Assembly: GCA_965228485.1 (NCBI GenBank)
Contig: OZ245819.1
Coordinates: forward strand, 30,001 to 62,000
DNA: 32,000 bases
Source: Candidatus Saccharimonadota bacterium
GTDB lineage: Bacteria > Patescibacteriota > Gracilibacteria > UBA4473
Direction: 5' to 3'
Under the pieces are notes generated by a model, which saw nothing but the letters and a program-made list of their open reading frames with translations, was not told the origin of the DNA and did no database searches. The translations under genes were made by a program, and so were the position numbers. Shown here in pieces: positions 1 to 9,731 of this stretch (its first letter is position 1; each line of letters opens with the position of its first letter).

Positions 1-124
1 TTAAAAAAATCCTTGCTGCAGCTTTTGCTGTTTCAAGACACCTAAAGATGGGGCAATTGACTGCCTTTCATGGGTGTCCGCAAGGAAATTCTAGAAAAGG
101 GTTGCCAGTTCAGTTGCCCCTTTT

Positions 125-412
125 TTGATGAAAAATTTAGGTATCGGATTCGGCATTATGGTGTTGGTGTTTGCACTTTCCCTCATAAACCCATTCATAA
201 GCATGGTTCTGTTTTTTCCTGCTATGATTTTCATATCCATCTTCTTCCCCATTAGATTTTTCCCTAATAAACCAGAGGAAGAATCTGAAGAAGAAATTTC
301 TGATGATGTGAAAGCCGCTCAAGAGGTTATGAATAAGCCATCAAACCTTGTTTTTAGATTTGTCTTACTGATAATAATTACACTGGTGGCTTACCTTTTC
401 CTTAATTCATGA
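125..412 (+). CDS. small membrane protein, about 3 predicted TM helices with an acidic loop; likely ATG at 128
   Basis: ORF with hydrophobic stretches (GIGFGIMVLVFALSL, MVLFFPAMIFISIFF, FRFVLLIIITLVAYLF). Its TGA stop overlaps the next ATG (ATGA at 409-412), suggesting translational coupling. No family recognised. Confidence 0.4.
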   Translation: MMKNLGIGFGIMVLVFALSLINPFISMVLFFPAMIFISIFFPIRFFPNKPEEESEEEISDDVKAAQEVMNKPSNLVFRFVLLIIITLVAYLFLNS

Positions 413-645
413 CAGAGAAAGTAGATACGCCTTATCATGAGATTAGGAGGATCAGAAAAGAACAGAGGGAAGCCATCAAAACCTTTAAGCTAGTAGATCA
501 AAAGTATCTCAGAGTCTTTTACCCAGACTATGCTTCTAAAATTATCAAAGAAGCTCAGAAAGGAAGCTTTCCAAGAATTAAGCACAAGGGGAAATGGTAT
601 TACAACAAACAACAGATTAGTTTTTATTGTAGAGGTCTTGAATAG
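409..645 (+). CDS. small basic protein, possibly excisionase/MerR-type HTH-like
   Basis: 78 aa. The C-terminal 'GSFPRIKHKGKWYYNKQQISFY' resembles the 'G.lP..K.G..w.....i' wing pattern of excisionase-family DNA binders. The start is coupled to the upstream ORF and the 3' end converges on and overlaps the 1244-aa gene. Weak, by eye only. Confidence 0.3.
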   Translation: MTEKVDTPYHEIRRIRKEQREAIKTFKLVDQKYLRVFYPDYASKIIKEAQKGSFPRIKHKGKWYYNKQQISFYCRGLE

Positions 646-3600
646 AATTATTAGCTAGGAATATGCCGTTTCTATCATAAAGAGGATCTATTTCGGTTGA
701 GTAAATGTCTAGTTGATGCTTTAGAAGTTTTATCTTCTCCTCGGCTAAAAAGCTAACATCAATGTCTTTTTTCCGATTCTTTTCAAGAACCAGATCAAAG
801 TGCTTTTTAAGTATTGCACTTACTAACTCACGATCTCTACTACGGAGAAGGGGAGGAATTATCTCAGCGAAAATCCTACCACACATTTCAACTGTTAAAC
901 TATCATCTAGAACAATACCTCTCATAAATTGGCATACAAACCCTAAAGCTGTCTCTAAATTCACACCATAGTTCTCAGAAAGAGTGAGGTCTAAATGTAG
1001 GTGTTTTATGTTTTCGGGCGTAAAAACATCTACAGCACCATTTCCAAAAACGGCTTTGGATAGATCATCAACTTTTAACTGTAAGAAAAACAACCTGTAA
1101 CCACATAAATAGCTGAAAAACTCTAAATACTCTTGAAATGATACTTTCTTTTCCTCACACAAGGCTCTTACAATAAAAATGATGGATGCAAATTTAGGGG
1201 CTTCGCTCTCAGTTTCTACTGCATTTGCACGCACATATAAAAAGTCTTCTGTAATAACACAGGCTCCATTATTTTTAGCTAGGATGGTTGCATCACATAG
1301 TTCTGGTGGAACTTCTTTCTCGGTAAAAGCTTCTGCTTTGTTTACAGGGGAAATTGTTTCAACCTTAGCCTTGTTTTCTAGGTAACTAATGAAGTTATTA
1401 AAATTATCTTTTACCTTTTCATATTTGGAAGGATCTATTTCGTTTAATCTTATCCCACTATCATCGGAATAACTCATATGCCCTGCCTGATTTGGTGAAG
1501 ACTCAAATCTATCCCTAACGGAAAAGAGGTATTTAATAACAGATTGGGGCACCCTTAGATCCGCAATGTGATCTAAAACACGAGTTAAGTTTCGTTCAGC
1601 TAAAAACAGAGCAGAGGTAGCATCTAAATAGACAGGTGAGCCTTCTAGTATCTTAGAAGAATTTTCTTCTTGTTCTTGGATAGCTTGCACTGTGTTGTGT
1701 GAGCATTTCACGAAGCCTTTTTGTTCTTGGCTTATTCTTCCTACAGCACTTGTTAGTCCTCCTTCACTCATTGCTAAAAATGCTAAAGGAACAGGCGTTG
1801 TACAGTAGCTTTGGAAAAAATCGGAACTTCCTGATTGTGATTGCAAAGCTTTAACAAGATAAGTGGTGTCAATGGAATCTCCATCCATTGGTACTTCCAC
1901 TAAAAATCCATGAGGCCAGCTAGGTTCTTTACAGAGCTTCATAAAAGACTCTCTAGATTGCCAAAGGATGTACTGTTCTCTAGAAAAAATCAGTTCAATA
2001 ACTTCTTCACTTTTTTCAGAAGTAAAGGCTCCTACCTCTCTTTCTACCTTATCTCCTAGTTCTTTACCCAAGAAGGATTGTTCCTCATAGGGTTGAATCT
2101 TGGTGGCATCTAACACATTACCATTACCTAGATAATAAAACCGGTCTTGGTCTTTAATCTTTAGGAAAGTTTCCTGATCTACTACATCTAGAGAGTTTAG
2201 ATTAGGAGCTTCATCTTTTAATAAACCTTCAATCTGAGTAAAGGGCATAAAGAGTCTGGCATAATCTTCGGGAGTGTGAGTAACTGCAATGTCAACAGAC
2301 TCAATCAAAGAATCAAGAGCTTTAGCTCCATCGGCATTTCTTACATGTAGTGAAGACTCAAGTAGCTTAATGTTTTCAGAGCTAACTATGTGGCCAAATT
2401 TTTGTATAAGGTCTAAGGCTTTGGATACTTCCCCTCGTTCGGCTAATGATTGTAAAGTTTGACCTAATACAGCCTCTTTATTATGTCTATCCAAACTGTC
2501 TACTAGATCTGGAGTGTCTAGTATTTTTTCTCCCAATTCCGCCGCTTCCTTATTGTTATCAGCTTTCAATAACGCAGAAAAAAGCATCAGTTCTGCATTC
2601 TTAGTTTTTGTTTCATTAGTCCCTATGGAAATGGCTCCCTTTAGACATGCTATCTCTATGTCCCATGCTTCATTTTTGTTTGCAACTTCCGCAAAAAATA
2701 GAAGTTCTTCTTGAAAACGAACCTGTTCCAAATTAATGGTTCGTAAATGTGGTAATGCTAACTCAAATTCTCCTTTCTTACAGTGATCTCTAAGTAAAAG
2801 CTTATTAGTTTCAATTTCGGGAAATTCGCTTGTTTTTTCAATAACTATCCGTGAAATTTCACCGAACTCTGAAGGCAGTAGATTAGCAACTACAGCACCG
2901 AACAACATATCTTCCTCTAAAATTTTAACACTAGCTTCAACATCGGGCTTTTCTAAAGCTTCAATGAGTGAAACGAATGTCTCGCACTCTAGTTCTTTGT
3001 AAAAACTTTTGGCATCACTAAACAAGCGATCCCTTGAAATAAACTGAAAAAATAAGACCTGTGAAAGTTCTTTAAGTAGTTTCGGCTTGCTTGCTACGAT
3101 ATGATTAATCAGTTGGTTAAAAGTATCTTCAGGAGGACAAAGTATTTTTAAGAAGCTTGCCAATGCTTCTTGCATTGATCTATCCAAATTACAACGAGGG
3201 ATTAAATCAAAAACCGTAGTTCCAGTACTTTCATAAACTGAATTTGGTGGGTTATTATTGTGTTTGGCATTCTCAAGATTGAACCTAAATGCTGTCAGAT
3301 TTAACTTTTTTCTCGGATTGTTTTCTTTGGAAATGCCAAAATCAGCCTCAATTTCAGACATGTAGGCTAGAAGTTTTTCTATTTTTTCTACAGGCACTAG
3401 GTCTTGCTGAAGATCTTCAATAATTTCATCTTGATCAAAACTGATTCTTGCCATCTTATTCTCTAATCTATCTGGGTTTAAGTGTTCAGCTTTCTCAATA
3501 AACTCAACTGATTTTTGAGGAGCATTTTTTTGTAAAAGTATTGAGTATAGCCGGTATAAATTGGCCTTAGATCTTTTTTCCGTAGGAAATAAACTTTCAT

Positions 3601-4351
3601 CTACATCTTCTGTGGAAAGTGATTCTTCTAATCGGCATGAACGAACTAACTTTTGAGCCTGTAATAAAGAATCTTCTGGAGCTATTACTTCAACATGCAC
3701 TAATAACTCATTATTTCTATCAAAATCTCCATTATTTAGAGCTTGACCAGCTAAATACAAAAAGGCTCTGGGATCTTCAGGAAAGCGTTTGCTTAGGCTG
3801 TCATAGATGTCTTGTGATTCTCCAGTTCTCTCTAACAAAGATAAAGCTCTAGCCTGTATAATCTCAAAATCCAATTCAAGCGAATCATCTCTAGCAAAGG
3901 TAAAGCTAAGCTTTATGGCTTCCAGTATTTTAAGTACATCAAGAGCCTGTTCTCTATCAAGAAGAGTCTCTAAGTACTCAATTTGTAGATTGAGTAGATC
4001 TGAGTTAATCCTAGATGCGTTTTTAGATTTTTGAGCTTCTGCCTCTGCCTTCTTTTTCCATTCTAACAATAGTTCTTTGGGATAATCAGATTCTTCCCCT
4101 TTATCAACAAGAATATGACATGTTGGACATAATGCAATTAAGTTGGAGGCACTGTTTCTTTGTTCTTCTGTTAGATTTGGATCGTACCTTTTGGCAGTTG
4201 GTCTTTCTCCGCATATATGTGCGGCTTCTCCAATGAGAGTGCTATTTTGGGTTAAGTGGTTAGAACAATCTGGATGACAACATTTTCCACCACAATTTAT
4301 GTAGAGAATTAGTTTTTGGGGATACGATATGGACTTTCTGTTTTCGCTCAT
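617..4351 (-). CDS. 1244-aa multidomain protein: N-terminal HNH nuclease motif, helical/TPR-like repeats, GreA/B C-terminal-like segment, PIN-like domain, helical tail
   Basis: Uninterrupted 3.7-kb ORF. HNH at aa 20-80 (CGGKCCHPDC...GEAAHICGERP...NLIALCPTCH, nt ~4097-4309). GreAB-C-like at aa ~725-790 (QPYEEQSFLGKELGDKVEREVG...EEVIELI, nt ~1982-2179). PIN-like acidic residues at YLDATS (D910), CDATILAKNNGACVITEDF (D1020, D1036), nt ~1217-1639. Confidence 0.85.
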   Translation of the reverse strand: MSENRKSISYPQKLILYINCGGKCCHPDCSNHLTQNSTLIGEAAHICGERPTAKRYDPNLTEEQRNSASNLIALCPTCHILVDKGEESDYPKELLLEWKKKAEAEAQKSKNASRINSDLLNLQIEYLETLLDREQALDVLKILEAIKLSFTFARDDSLELDFEIIQARALSLLERTGESQDIYDSLSKRFPEDPRAFLYLAGQALNNGDFDRNNELLVHVEVIAPEDSLLQAQKLVRSCRLEESLSTEDVDESLFPTEKRSKANLYRLYSILLQKNAPQKSVEFIEKAEHLNPDRLENKMARISFDQDEIIEDLQQDLVPVEKIEKLLAYMSEIEADFGISKENNPRKKLNLTAFRFNLENAKHNNNPPNSVYESTGTTVFDLIPRCNLDRSMQEALASFLKILCPPEDTFNQLINHIVASKPKLLKELSQVLFFQFISRDRLFSDAKSFYKELECETFVSLIEALEKPDVEASVKILEEDMLFGAVVANLLPSEFGEISRIVIEKTSEFPEIETNKLLLRDHCKKGEFELALPHLRTINLEQVRFQEELLFFAEVANKNEAWDIEIACLKGAISIGTNETKTKNAELMLFSALLKADNNKEAAELGEKILDTPDLVDSLDRHNKEAVLGQTLQSLAERGEVSKALDLIQKFGHIVSSENIKLLESSLHVRNADGAKALDSLIESVDIAVTHTPEDYARLFMPFTQIEGLLKDEAPNLNSLDVVDQETFLKIKDQDRFYYLGNGNVLDATKIQPYEEQSFLGKELGDKVEREVGAFTSEKSEEVIELIFSREQYILWQSRESFMKLCKEPSWPHGFLVEVPMDGDSIDTTYLVKALQSQSGSSDFFQSYCTTPVPLAFLAMSEGGLTSAVGRISQEQKGFVKCSHNTVQAIQEQEENSSKILEGSPVYLDATSALFLAERNLTRVLDHIADLRVPQSVIKYLFSVRDRFESSPNQAGHMSYSDDSGIRLNEIDPSKYEKVKDNFNNFISYLENKAKVETISPVNKAEAFTEKEVPPELCDATILAKNNGACVITEDFLYVRANAVETESEAPKFASIIFIVRALCEEKKVSFQEYLEFFSYLCGYRLFFLQLKVDDLSKAVFGNGAVDVFTPENIKHLHLDLTLSENYGVNLETALGFVCQFMRGIVLDDSLTVEMCGRIFAEIIPPLLRSRDRELVSAILKKHFDLVLEKNRKKDIDVSFLAEEKIKLLKHQLDIYSTEIDPLYDRNGIFLANNSIQDLYNKN

Positions 4352-4456
4352 TATTGCTCATTTTTTCCAAACAAAATCTACTTAGCTTGGTATTTAGAAG
4401 TGTATTCCTAAAACCTAGTCTAGACAAAAAAATCCACAGATTGTTTTAGTGCAAAC

Positions 4457-7400
4457 TTAATCTCTTTTCTGCACCACTCCAAACAACACCGGAATTACGA
4501 CCATAGTCATGAACACAGAGGTGATGAGTCCACCTACAACGACAATAGCCAAAGGTTTTTGTACTTCAGAACCTGTCCCAGTAGAGAGGAGCATCGGCAT
4601 GAGACCAATGATGGATGTAAAAGCCGTCATAAGCACTGGACGAAGTCGTTTGGTGGCTCCTTCAAGGATGGCAGACTCAATTTGGTGAGAGGTGATTGTG
4701 TGGAATTTCTCTCTGGCTTTTTTCACCGCTTGATCCAGATACAAGACTATCACGACTCCAGTCTCAACTGCATTCCCAAAGAGAGCGATAAATCCGACCC
4801 ATACGGCTACAGAAAAATTGTACTGAGCTAAAAATAAAGCCAATAATCCTCCAATAAGACTTAGCGGAATAGCGAGCATTACCACTGAAACCAGTTTCAG
4901 ATCTGCATAGGTGAGGTAGAGCAGAATAAATATGATCACGATAACACTTGGAACAACCCAAGAGAGTTTTTCCTTGGCTCGTACTTGATTCTTGTACTGA
5001 CCATCAAATTCAATTGTGTAACCAGCGGGCAGCTCTAGGTTTTCTTGGAGATACTGCTCAGTCTCTTTCACAAAGGAAACTAAATCACGACCACTTACAT
5101 TCATCTGTACCGCAGAGCGGAGCTTTCCGTCTTCTGATTGAAGCACAGCTGGGCCATTTTCAACGGTGATGTCTGCTACTTCTGATAAAGCGACTTTTTG
5201 TCCATTCATGCCCATAAGCATGAGTCCTTTTATGTCTGGGATCTCGGCTCGTTGATTGCGAGTAAAGCGAACTTCAATGCCGTATTTTTCTCGCCCCTGA
5301 ATGGTTTGACTGACTGTTTTGCCACCAGTTCCGATGGCGATAGCATTGAGGGCTTGGCTTTTGGGAATACCATAGGCGGCCAGTTTACCTTCATCTAGGT
5401 CTACATTGAGGTATTTGAGGCCCGAGGTGCGGATAGCGACCGTTCCAACGGCTCCAGGGACATAAGCCATCATGCCTTCAATTTCTATGGCGAGGTCTTC
5501 TAGCTTCTTCGCATCATCTCCAAATACTTTGATTCCTACCTGTGCTCTGATTCCAGTAGAGATCATATCAATCCGACCAATGATCGGTTGCGTAAATCCA
5601 TTCCAGAGATTCGGGAAGTTTACTTTACGGTTCATCTCCGTGATGAGCTTTTCTTTGGTCATACCAGCTCGCCATTCTTTCTTGGGCTTGAGGGTGATGA
5701 AAGTCTCAATCATAGCCAAAGGAGCCGGATCAGTGGCGGTTTCTGCTCGCCCCACTTTCCCAACCACCGTTTCTACTTCTGGAAACTCAGATAAAATTTT
5801 ATTCGTCTCAATCAGTAGTTCTGTGGCTTTTCGTTCTGAGACATCTGGTACGGTCATAGGCATGTACATAATCGCTCCTTCATCTAGTGGAGGCATAAAT
5901 TCAGACCCAATTTGCGTTCCCACACCAAGAGCGATTAGGAGAGCAACAACAGCCGCACCGATGGTTTTCTTTGGGTGCTGGAGAGCTTTCTTCAGAAAAG
6001 GCTCATACCAACGCTGAAACCAAAAGACGGTTGGGATGTTTTGATCTTCATAAAGTTTTCCCTTCAGAAGATACGCACACCCAAGTGGTACAAAAATCAG
6101 AGAGGCCACTAAGGCTCCTAGCATCGCAAAGATGTTGGTGAAAGCGAGTGGACGAAACAGTTTTCCTTCCATGCCTTCTAAAGCAAAAATAGGAACGAAA
6201 GACAGCATGATAATGAGGATGGCAAACAAGAGTGGCACTGCTACCTCAGAAGTTGATTCGTAGACAATTTTAAGCCGTTCTGTGAAACTCTGTGTTTTCT
6301 GTTCCCCGGCTTTGATGAGTTTTTGATACGCATTCTCTGTCACCACAATGATAGAATCCACCATGGTTCCAATGGCAATAGCAATCCCTCCCAGAGACAT
6401 AATGTTAGAAGGAATCCCGAATAATTTCATGACTAGGAAGGTCATCATAACTCCAAATACGAGAGCAACGGAAGTCACGAGCGTAGCTCCACGATGACGA
6501 AGAAATAGCCACATCACAATGGCGGTAATAACCAGCATCTGTAGGAGAACATCTCGCATAGTTTTGATCGCCCGACTGATAAGATCGGTTCGGTCATAGA
6601 ATGGGACAATAGAGGTTCCTTCCGGCAGAGCTTGCTCAAGTTGATCTATCTTTGTTTTCACTCGCTCAATAACCTCTAGTGGATTTTCTCCGTACCGCAT
6701 CACTACAATCCCTCCAACTTTCTCGGTATCTTTATCGGCTAATACTCCTCGCCGAGAAGCTCCACTAACTCGCACTGTTCCAATTTCTGAAAGCAGTAAA
6801 CTGCTCCCATTCGCTTTTTTTCCAACAATCAGATCTTTAAGAGCTTCTTCTGAGTCAAAGAAACCAAGTCCCTGAACTGAGATCTCTCGTTCTCCATACT
6901 CTAACACTCGCCCAGAAACATTATTGTTGCTGGCTTTGATGGTACTCACAACACCCATGAGATTGAGGTTGTGGTCATTGAGCTTGATAGGATCAAGAAT
7001 GACTTGGTACTGCTTCTTATACCCACCAATAGAGGCCACTTCCGCAATGCCTCCAAGACTCTCTAGCTCTAGTTTGACGGTGAAGTCTTGTAGGGTTCGG
7101 AGGTCTGTCAAAGACATGTCAGGATTCTCCAGCGTGTACATCAAGATGTGTCCAAGCCCCGTAGCATCTGGTCCCAGGCGAACCATAGCTCCATCTGGAA
7201 AAGTAGACTGAAGTTGAGAGAGTTTTTCATTTACCCGATCACGGGCAAAGTAGATCCCTGTATCATCCTCAAAGATGACCGTCACCATAGATACGCCGAG
7301 CATAGAGCTACTCCGCACCGTCCTTACTTTAGGCAGGGACTGCATGGCTGTTGTCAGAGGATAAGTGATTTGATCTTCAATGTTTTGGGGTGATTGCCCC

Positions 7401-7558
7401 GACCACTGAGTCACTACGATCACTTGATTTTCTGATAAATCAGGCAAGGCATCTACTGGGGTATTTTTAATCGCCCAGATTCCCATCCCTGATAAGATCA
7501 GGAAGAGTAAAGCGGTTAAAAATCGGTTTCCGAGAAGGTATTTTAGGAGTGCGTTCAT
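4457..7558 (-). CDS. cusA: heavy-metal efflux RND permease, CusA/HME family, monovalent Cu(I)/Ag(I) type
   Basis: 1033 aa. The N-terminus (NTPVDALPDLSENQVIVVTQWSGQSPQNIEDQITYPLT) closely parallels CusA. The TM4 motif AIAIGTMVDSIIVVTEN is the CusA-type rather than the CzcA-type DFG..DGA..VEN. Three Met at CusA-equivalent positions (YMPM, PLAMIET, RIDMISTG). ATGA overlap with the upstream adaptor gene. Confidence 0.93.
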   Translation of the reverse strand: MNALLKYLLGNRFLTALLFLILSGMGIWAIKNTPVDALPDLSENQVIVVTQWSGQSPQNIEDQITYPLTTAMQSLPKVRTVRSSSMLGVSMVTVIFEDDTGIYFARDRVNEKLSQLQSTFPDGAMVRLGPDATGLGHILMYTLENPDMSLTDLRTLQDFTVKLELESLGGIAEVASIGGYKKQYQVILDPIKLNDHNLNLMGVVSTIKASNNNVSGRVLEYGEREISVQGLGFFDSEEALKDLIVGKKANGSSLLLSEIGTVRVSGASRRGVLADKDTEKVGGIVVMRYGENPLEVIERVKTKIDQLEQALPEGTSIVPFYDRTDLISRAIKTMRDVLLQMLVITAIVMWLFLRHRGATLVTSVALVFGVMMTFLVMKLFGIPSNIMSLGGIAIAIGTMVDSIIVVTENAYQKLIKAGEQKTQSFTERLKIVYESTSEVAVPLLFAILIIMLSFVPIFALEGMEGKLFRPLAFTNIFAMLGALVASLIFVPLGCAYLLKGKLYEDQNIPTVFWFQRWYEPFLKKALQHPKKTIGAAVVALLIALGVGTQIGSEFMPPLDEGAIMYMPMTVPDVSERKATELLIETNKILSEFPEVETVVGKVGRAETATDPAPLAMIETFITLKPKKEWRAGMTKEKLITEMNRKVNFPNLWNGFTQPIIGRIDMISTGIRAQVGIKVFGDDAKKLEDLAIEIEGMMAYVPGAVGTVAIRTSGLKYLNVDLDEGKLAAYGIPKSQALNAIAIGTGGKTVSQTIQGREKYGIEVRFTRNQRAEIPDIKGLMLMGMNGQKVALSEVADITVENGPAVLQSEDGKLRSAVQMNVSGRDLVSFVKETEQYLQENLELPAGYTIEFDGQYKNQVRAKEKLSWVVPSVIVIIFILLYLTYADLKLVSVVMLAIPLSLIGGLLALFLAQYNFSVAVWVGFIALFGNAVETGVVIVLYLDQAVKKAREKFHTITSHQIESAILEGATKRLRPVLMTAFTSIIGLMPMLLSTGTGSEVQKPLAIVVVGGLITSVFMTMVVIPVLFGVVQKRD

Positions 7559-9249
7559 TCTGATTTTCTAAATAAAGTCACAGAAGGATTGCTGATAATC
7601 AGGTCTTCTGTGTTTAGTTCTTGGCTGAAGACCTGAGAAAACTCACCATCTTCTGCCACTACTTCTACTTGGATTTGTTGAGGCTTTTCATCCTCCATTT
7701 TCCAAAGAAAGTAGGTATTGCTTCGTTTTTTGAGAGAAAGGGTTGGCACAGTAAAGATTTGATTATCCGTGGCCGTGACGGAGACAAACAAGCTCTGTCC
7801 ATGTGGGAAGTTGATTGGTGTTATCACTTCTTGTTTTTCGGCCCTTACCTCAGCTCCTGAATCTTCAACCTCTGCCTCTATCAATTCATAAGTGGGCTCA
7901 AAAGCCGTAGCCGTAGCCATAATGCTGTTGGTATTTAGATCAATCTGTTCACTGAGTCGGAAAATTTTCCCCTCAAAAGACTGTCCTTTCAGAGATTTGA
8001 TCGTAACCGAATCTCCAACTGATACTTTGCCTCGCCATGATTCTGGGAGATTAAAGTGAATTTCAGACATTGATTCTTGGCTACGAGCCGTTTGTGCTCC
8101 TTCTAAGTAGAAAAGAGGCATGTTCATAGTGACGGCCTGTCCAACTTCAGCCATCCGGGCAGTAATGATGCCATCAAAAGGAGAAGTGATGGTCTGGTGT
8201 CCAGCCTTCACAAGAGCCGCATTGTAATTAGCCAAGGCCACCGTCACATTCTTCTCTGCTTGGGTCGTGCTCAAGTTTTGCTGTGATTGCACAAGATCAA
8301 GAACCTCTCTAGATCGTTCTGCTCCAGCTTCACGCTCTGCTTGTACTGAAGAAAATCGTTTACTCTTTTCCTCCAAGGCTAAGATTGCTTGCTTAACCTG
8401 AGAGACTCTAAGCTGTTGTGTCTGGATGGTGCTGAGATTGCTACTGATTTGAGAAGCGGTAACACCACTGCCTTCACGAGCATTCTTATAGAGTGTTTCA
8501 GCCTGAACTAAAAAGTTTTCAAGGTGAGAAAGATGTTCAACAATTTTGTCTGGATTATTCCACTGTCCAGACTCTTCCATTCGCTGTATTTCATCTGCTA
8601 GGTTATCTACTTTGTTTTCTTGAATAGAGTCAGAAAAGTTTCCTTGAACATAGCGTGAACCACGATTATTACCAGTTCCAAACAGAACCAGCTTTGTGTT
8701 TTCCCAAGCTTGAGTAGCTACGAGAACTGCTTCTGACTTTTTCTCAGCCAGTTGCTTTTGTGTCTCTTGATCTAGCGTAGCTTGCGTTTTTGATTGGAGA
8801 TTGCTTTCTCGCCATTGCTTGGTTGCAACAGAGACCGCATCCACAGCTACTCCTTTAGCTTGAGCCAGCTCCGCTCTTGCTTTTTGGAGTCTGGCACTAG
8901 CTTCGTTGATAGCCGCTGAACTTTGACCTTCTACTCCTTCAGGCAACATAGAACCAATGGTCTGGCCTTTGGAAACTTCGTCCCCAATGTCTACCAGTAA
9001 GTCTTGGATAATTCCTGTTCTCCGAGGAGCGATAACGGCAAATTGATTAGATTTAACTTTGGCTGGGAGTTTGATAGAAGCAAAGTCTTGAGCGGTTTTA
9101 ACCTCTACGGTTTGCCACTGCTTATCTTTACGGGCAAAGCTCTTGGTTGGTTCTTCTTTGGATAAGAAATTCCAACTGAGAACCCCAATGAGGATAAGCC
9201 CTACTAATCCAGCCAGTAAATACCGTTTCTGATTACTAAGTTTTTTCAT
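7555..9249 (-). CDS. efflux RND periplasmic adaptor (membrane fusion protein, HlyD/CusB-like) with an extended coiled-coil hairpin
   Basis: 564 aa. N-terminal TM anchor (YLLAGLVGLILIGVLSW). Lipoyl-like motifs (GIIQDLLVDIGDEVSKGQTIGSM; ITSPFDGIITARMAEVGQAV) flank about 240 aa of Q/A/E/K-rich helical sequence. Translationally coupled to cusA. Confidence 0.85.
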   Translation of the reverse strand: MKKLSNQKRYLLAGLVGLILIGVLSWNFLSKEEPTKSFARKDKQWQTVEVKTAQDFASIKLPAKVKSNQFAVIAPRRTGIIQDLLVDIGDEVSKGQTIGSMLPEGVEGQSSAAINEASARLQKARAELAQAKGVAVDAVSVATKQWRESNLQSKTQATLDQETQKQLAEKKSEAVLVATQAWENTKLVLFGTGNNRGSRYVQGNFSDSIQENKVDNLADEIQRMEESGQWNNPDKIVEHLSHLENFLVQAETLYKNAREGSGVTASQISSNLSTIQTQQLRVSQVKQAILALEEKSKRFSSVQAEREAGAERSREVLDLVQSQQNLSTTQAEKNVTVALANYNAALVKAGHQTITSPFDGIITARMAEVGQAVTMNMPLFYLEGAQTARSQESMSEIHFNLPESWRGKVSVGDSVTIKSLKGQSFEGKIFRLSEQIDLNTNSIMATATAFEPTYELIEAEVEDSGAEVRAEKQEVITPINFPHGQSLFVSVTATDNQIFTVPTLSLKKRSNTYFLWKMEDEKPQQIQVEVVAEDGEFSQVFSQELNTEDLIISNPSVTLFRKSE

Positions 9250-9261
9250 GGTTTAGGAGGA

Positions 9262-9624
9262 TTAGTGACCGGGATGTCCGGCAGCTTCGTGTTCTTCAAG
9301 CGTCATTCCCATTTTTGCAGCCGCTTTTTCGTGAGAATCCATTTCATCATGGTGATCCATAGCTTCAGTTTCTGATTCTTCTTGATTCATGTCATCATGC
9401 TTCATGTCTCCGTGATCCATGTTTTCGTGGTCACCTCCATGTCCCATGTTAAGGTGATCTTCAATGCTCATGTTCATCCGAGCAGCGGCTTCTTTTTGTT
9501 CTTGGTATTCTTCAAGTGAGAGTCCATACTGAGCGGCCATGTCGGCATCAGTCATTGGTTTTTGTCCACATCCCACAAGTGTGAGTGCGACAAGAGAAAG
9601 GAGAGCGATAAAAAGAGTTTTCAT
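9262..9624 (-). CDS. His/Met/Asp-rich lipoprotein, putative extracytoplasmic metal-binding protein
   Basis: Signal peptide with lipobox (LVALTLVGC). Mature part has HxxM/HGGDH/MDHHDEMDSH clusters and two related segments (AARMNMSIEDHLNMGHGG / AAKMGMTLEEHEAAGHPGH). Lies 12 nt upstream of the adaptor gene. Confidence 0.7.
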   Translation of the reverse strand: MKTLFIALLSLVALTLVGCGQKPMTDADMAAQYGLSLEEYQEQKEAAARMNMSIEDHLNMGHGGDHENMDHGDMKHDDMNQEESETEAMDHHDEMDSHEKAAAKMGMTLEEHEAAGHPGH

Positions 9625-9683
9625 GTGTAAAAAAATTAAAAATAAACAAATAAATAAACCCTAAAAACAACTGTTTCTGGGTA

Positions 9684-9720
9684 CAAAAATACTCTTACAA
9701 ACCTAAAAAGATCGTAAGAG
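9684..9720 (-). terminator. possible intrinsic terminator or attenuator between the 131-aa gene and the lipoprotein gene
   Basis: 7-bp stem ctcttac (9692-9698) / gtaagag (9714-9720) with a 15-nt loop. On the minus strand it is followed by tatttttg. Short stem and large loop make this weak. Confidence 0.3.
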
Positions 9721-9731
9721 AGGGAAACTTT

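Noticed and set aside
49-126. Possible terminator for an upstream off-window gene: ggggcaa...ttgcccc followed by tttttt.
   Set aside because: The arms pair for only ~7 bp cleanly across a ~40-nt loop, which is too weak to report as a feature.
70-322. ORFs 70-255 (+) and 137-322 (-) at the window start.
   Set aside because: They overlap the membrane-protein ORF 125-412 in other frames. That ORF is supported by TM-like composition and ATGA coupling to the next gene, while these have no recognisable features.
4559-7393. Numerous 60-180-aa plus-strand ORFs inside the cusA region (for example 5472-6017).
   Set aside because: They are antisense to a continuous, strongly recognisable CusA ORF, and their products are low-complexity with no motifs. 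The same reasoning applies to antisense ORFs inside the 1244-aa gene, the adaptor, the RHS shell, SulP and the permease.
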